From an uncultured bacterium (GTDB taxonomy: Bacteria > Verrucomicrobiota > Verrucomicrobiia > Verrucomicrobiales > DEV007), in contig CAXBMO010000019.1 in the NCBI GenBank assembly GCA_963977015.1, positions 50,083 through 114,082 on the forward strand: a stretch of DNA of 64,000 bases, in the 5' to 3' direction. Under the pieces are notes generated by a model. The model made no database searches. It had not been told where the DNA came from and saw nothing but the letters and a program-made list of their open reading frames with translations. Every line of letters begins with the position of its first letter. Within the stretch, counting starts at the first letter, position 1. Positions 60,541 through 64,000 of the stretch are shown here, in pieces. A program made the position numbers and the translations under genes.

Positions 60541-61830
60541 ATGAGTGCCGGCAAAAAGCCACCCCCAGCCAACCGGAGCCGCTCCGAGATCATGGCTGAT
60601 GCGATCACCCGGCTGTCGCTGGCGAGCGATTTGGAAGAGGTATCCGAGATTATCCCGCGAGCGGCCCGGAAGTTGATCGGATCGGATGGCGCGACCTTTG
60701 TGCTGAAGGAAACCGGGCAGTGCAGCTATGTGGGAGAGGAAGTCATCGGCCCCAAGTGGCAGGGGAAGCACTTTCCGGATTCATCCGATCCCGGTTGGTG
60801 GCCGCGGCAGAAGAAGCAGCTCAAGATCTCCGATGTGGACGCCGACGAACGGATTCCGCACGAAGCCTACAAGGAAACCTTGATCCGCAGCCTGGTGATG
60901 GTGCCGATTCGTCGCGAGAACCCGATTGGCAGCATCGGAGTGTGCTGGGCCGAAGAACACATCGCGACCGATGAGGAAATGCGCATTTTGCAGAGCCTGG
61001 CCGACGCCACCGCGGTGATGGTGGAAGATTTGACGCTGCGCCACACCATGGAGCATCTCGTGGCCGAGCGAACCGCCGCGCTGCAAGCCGTGAACGCGGA
61101 ACTGGAGACGTTTGCTTCCACCGTTTCCCACGATCTGAAGAACCCGCTCTCGGTGGTGACCACCAATGTGTGGACGCTGCGAGAAATGTTCGGCGCCGAG
61201 CTTTCCGAGAGCGCCCTGAAGTGCGTCGGCCGCATTGAGCAAGCCGGCAACCGGATGCGCGAGCAGATCGATGGGATGCTGGCGCTTTACCGGGTTTCCA
61301 AGGCGGACATCGAGCCGGAATCGATCAATTTAAGCCTCATGGGCCGGGAAATCCTGGATGAGTTGTCGGAGAACGAGCCGGGCCGCAACGTGAAGACCCA
61401 AGTCGTCGAGAACCTAATCGCATTCGGCGATCAGCGAATGCTGCGCGTGGTCCTGGAGAACCTGCTGGGCAATGCTTGGAAATACACCTCCAAGCGCAAA
61501 AAAGGAGCGAGGATCACGCTCGATGTCATGCAGACCGAGCAAGATGGTGACGTGTTCTTCGTTCGCGACAACGGGGCGGGATTTGACATGGCCCGGGCGG
61601 GTAAGCTCTTCGGCGTGTTTCAACGCCTCCATCAGGATAGCGATTTTGCCGGAACGGGTGTCGGGTTGGCCTCCGTCCAGCGGATCATCAACAAGCATGG
61701 CGGCCGGATTTGGGCCGAGGCGGAGGAGGGCAAAGGCGCCACCTTTTACTTCACGCTGCCGACCGTGCCCGTGCTGGTGAAACTTGAGAAAACCCTGCAG
61801 GAGATGGAAGTGGCCCGGGAAGCGGATTAG
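60541..61830 (+). CDS. Cytoplasmic GAF-domain sensor histidine kinase
   Basis: GAF region, H-box VSHDLKNPL, N-box NLLGNAWKY, DNGAGF, FQRLH and GTGVGL. No TM segments. Confidence 0.93.
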   Translation: MSAGKKPPPANRSRSEIMADAITRLSLASDLEEVSEIIPRAARKLIGSDGATFVLKETGQCSYVGEEVIGPKWQGKHFPDSSDPGWWPRQKKQLKISDVDADERIPHEAYKETLIRSLVMVPIRRENPIGSIGVCWAEEHIATDEEMRILQSLADATAVMVEDLTLRHTMEHLVAERTAALQAVNAELETFASTVSHDLKNPLSVVTTNVWTLREMFGAELSESALKCVGRIEQAGNRMREQIDGMLALYRVSKADIEPESINLSLMGREILDELSENEPGRNVKTQVVENLIAFGDQRMLRVVLENLLGNAWKYTSKRKKGARITLDVMQTEQDGDVFFVRDNGAGFDMARAGKLFGVFQRLHQDSDFAGTGVGLASVQRIINKHGGRIWAEAEEGKGATFYFTLPTVPVLVKLEKTLQEMEVAREAD

Positions 61831-61841
61831 TTAGGGGGTGT

Positions 61842-61883
61842 TTGAAAATGAGGAACAACTTGCGCGTCCGTCATCATTTTCAA
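61842..61883. terminator. Inverted repeat between convergent genes (possible bidirectional terminator)
   Basis: TTGAAAATGA ... TCATTTTCAA between the kinase and receiver stop codons. Confidence 0.45.
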
Positions 61884-61893
61884 CGCTCCACAC

Positions 61894-62256
61894 CTAGGGC
61901 TTCAGCCACTTTTCGACCAATTTCACAAACAGCCCGACGTCGAAGGGCTTGCGCATGAATTCCGTCGCTCCTGCCTGCAGCATCTCGTCGCTCCGGTCCT
62001 CCGCGCTGATCGCCAGGATGGGGCCTCGAAATTGTGTCTGACGCATGATGCGGATGGCTTCCGCGCCATCCATTCCCGGCAGGTTGCCGTCCATCACCAC
62101 ACAATCAGGAACCCTGGCTAGGTTCAGCTCATTCACCCCTTTTTCGCCCGACTCGGCTCGCGTCACCGTGTAGCCCCGCATCTCCAAAATGTCCGCCAGG
62201 GAGGTCGCCAGCGCGAAATCGTCTTCGACAAGGAGAATGGCGGGAGGAATCGGCAT
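61894..62256 (-). CDS. Stand-alone response regulator receiver
   Basis: Motifs ILLVEDD, VVMDGNLPGMDG, ILAISA and RKPF. Confidence 0.92.
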   Translation of the reverse strand: MPIPPAILLVEDDFALATSLADILEMRGYTVTRAESGEKGVNELNLARVPDCVVMDGNLPGMDGAEAIRIMRQTQFRGPILAISAEDRSDEMLQAGATEFMRKPFDVGLFVKLVEKWLKP

Positions 62257-62269
62257 GAGAAAATCAGGG

Positions 62270-62285
62270 GCAGTTTTCGTGCCAA
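62270..62285 (-). promoter_or_regulatory. sigma54 (-24/-12) promoter, near consensus
   Basis: Minus strand reads TTGGCACGAAAACTGC, against the consensus TGGCACG-N4-TTGC. Confidence 0.75.
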
Positions 62286-62383
62286 AACCAGGCGACCCAA
62301 AGAACCCGGGAGATCAACAGGTCGAATGGCCGCGAACAGGGTCCTTTTCGTCCTTTCGGTCCCTTTTCCCCCGCCTCCCAAAC

Positions 62384-62400
62384 TGCAAGCTGAGCTTGCA
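62384..62400. promoter_or_regulatory. Perfect palindrome, candidate enhancer (UAS) for the sigma54 activator
   Basis: TGCAAGCT-G-AGCTTGCA (TGCA-N9-TGCA), about 100 bp upstream of the 62270-62285 promoter. Confidence 0.55.
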
Positions 62401-62430
62401 AACCGTCACCCCGGTGCGCAGTTTCAATTC

Positions 62431-63906
62431 ATGACCAAAACCAGCCGCGGCAAACTCCTCCTCGTCGATGACGACCAGACTCTCGGCGAAAGCTTTCGGG
62501 ACATTCTGCTGGGCAAGGGCTACGAAGTCACCCTGGTCGAAGACGGCGACTACGGTCTCGACCTCATCGAGGAGCAGGCCTTCGACGCCGTGGTGACCGA
62601 CTTCGAGATGCCCACCATCGGCGGGATGGAACTGCTGGAACGCGCCCATCGGAAGAAGCCCCGCCTGCCCATCATTATCATGACCGCCTACAGCTCAACC
62701 CAGCGCGCCATCGATGCGATTAAGGAAGGAGCCTTCGACTACCTGATCAAACCCGTCGACGTGCCTGAGTTGCTCGACGTCGTCGCCAAGGCGGTCGCGT
62801 CCAGTCGGCTTTCGGCGCGCCCGGTCGAAATGGGGGAGGACGTCGATTCCGCCAAAGACACCATCATCGGCAGCAGCAAGGCGATGCTCAAGGTCTTTAA
62901 AGACATCGGCCGCATCGCCGCCAAACCCATTCCCGTGCTGATCCAGGGCGAAACCGGCACCGGCAAGGAACTCGTCGCCCGCGCCATCTTTCAAAACAGC
63001 GACCGTTCCTCGAAACCCTTCGTCGCCGTCAACTGCGCTGCGATTCCGGAAACGCTGATCGAGAGCGAACTCTTTGGCCACGAAAAAGGCGCCTTCACCA
63101 ACGCGATCGCCCAACGCATCGGCCGCTTCGAGCAGGCCAGCGGCGGGACGCTCTTTCTGGATGAAATCGGCGATTTGCCGGGCGAAACCCAGGTGAAACT
63201 ACTCCGTGTGCTCCAGGAAAAAGTCATCACCCGCGTTGGCGGCAAGGGCGAGATTCCCATCGATGTCCGCGTCATCAGCGCCACCCACCAGAACCTCCCG
63301 GACATGATCGCCGACGGCAAATTCCGCGAAGACCTGTATTACCGGCTCAACGCAGCCATGATCGATCTCCCGCCCTTGCACGAACGGGTCGAAGACATTC
63401 CGCCGCTGGTTCAATATTTTCTCCGCCGGTTTGCGACGGACTTTGAATTCGAAGCGCCCTCGATTCATTCTGCTGCGCTGAAACTGCTCGAAGCCGAGCT
63501 CTGGCCGGGCAACGTGCGCGAGTTGGAAAACGTCGTCCGCCGCGCCTTGTTGGAATCGCGTGGCATGACGATCGGCGCTCCTCTATTGAAGGAGATTCTC
63601 TCCAGCGGAGCTCCGTCCGGCGGTGCCGCCACGGCGAAGAATGCCGAAGACGCGGGCGGCTTCGCAGCGCACGTTCACAATCGTCTTCTCGCTTCGAGTC
63701 GCGATGAATTGGACGGGAAAGGCGCCTTTGAAGCCTTGATGGAAGACGTGGAGCGCGAACTCTACGCCCAAGCCGTAAAGCTAAGCCACGGCAACCAATC
63801 GAACATCGCCCGATGGCTCGGGGTATCCCGGCTCACCGTACGTGAGAAGCTGGACAAGTTTGACCTGTTTCCCAAGCGGAAGGCCGCGAAGGGGAAAAAA
63901 CGGTAG
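62431..63906 (+). CDS. NtrC/AtoC-family sigma54-dependent response regulator
   Basis: Receiver (LVDDD, VTDFEMP), Walker A GETGTGKE, ESELFGHEKGAFTNA, FLDEIG, WPGNVREL and a Fis-type HTH (GNQSNIARWLGVSR). Confidence 0.96.
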   Translation: MTKTSRGKLLLVDDDQTLGESFRDILLGKGYEVTLVEDGDYGLDLIEEQAFDAVVTDFEMPTIGGMELLERAHRKKPRLPIIIMTAYSSTQRAIDAIKEGAFDYLIKPVDVPELLDVVAKAVASSRLSARPVEMGEDVDSAKDTIIGSSKAMLKVFKDIGRIAAKPIPVLIQGETGTGKELVARAIFQNSDRSSKPFVAVNCAAIPETLIESELFGHEKGAFTNAIAQRIGRFEQASGGTLFLDEIGDLPGETQVKLLRVLQEKVITRVGGKGEIPIDVRVISATHQNLPDMIADGKFREDLYYRLNAAMIDLPPLHERVEDIPPLVQYFLRRFATDFEFEAPSIHSAALKLLEAELWPGNVRELENVVRRALLESRGMTIGAPLLKEILSSGAPSGGAATAKNAEDAGGFAAHVHNRLLASSRDELDGKGAFEALMEDVERELYAQAVKLSHGNQSNIARWLGVSRLTVREKLDKFDLFPKRKAAKGKKR

Positions 63907-63942
63907 GCTGGGCGGATGGCCCTGGATTCATGAAATTTCAGA

Positions 63943-63997
63943 AGTCGAAGGCTTTCCAGCCATTAGCTCCGGGTCGAGCGCAAGCGAACACCCGGAG
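63943..63997. repeat. REP-like hairpin element (possibly cut by window edge)
   Basis: AGTCGAAGGCT followed by CTCCGGG...CCCGGAG, the same layout as the 5' arm of the 19.3/19.8 kb elements. Confidence 0.5.
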
Positions 63998-64000
63998 ATG

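Overview
This is a GC-rich, gene-dense bacterial window. It most likely comes from a PVC-superphylum organism, probably Verrucomicrobiota; this is inferred from seven Cys-type sulfatases, two DUF1080 proteins, a PQQ-like beta-propeller and a WD40/DUF1549-DUF1553/DUF1501 module. I saw no rRNA, tRNA, CRISPR array or intact mobile element. Main blocks: (1) divergent rdgB and a U32/RlhA-type gene. (2) A MarR-divergent six-gene operon (5.0-11.2 kb) behind a sigma54-type promoter: ABC permease, solute-binding lipoprotein, Cys-less FGE-fold protein, TIM-barrel protein, Rieske oxygenase and type III glutamine synthetase-like glnT. It looks like an uncharacterised amine/nitrogen-scavenging pathway and has no ABC ATPase or Rieske reductase in the window. 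(3) GT4, an epimerase and FdhF/YdeP. (4) A 19.2-21.1 kb repeat-rich segment with duplicated REP/REPIN-like elements, an IS110 5' remnant and a 14-bp tandem repeat. (5) A run of short accessory genes including a D-amino-acid oxidase. (6) Sulfatase and carbohydrate-active genes, plus an atypical HrpB-like helicase. (7) A 46-64 kb island of small envelope proteins, RimK with an M14 deacylase, three stand-alone receivers, a GAF kinase and an NtrC-type activator. Several of its units have correctly spaced -24/-12 motifs, and it contains two candidate structured RNAs. All calls come from motif recognition by eye; no database searches were run.
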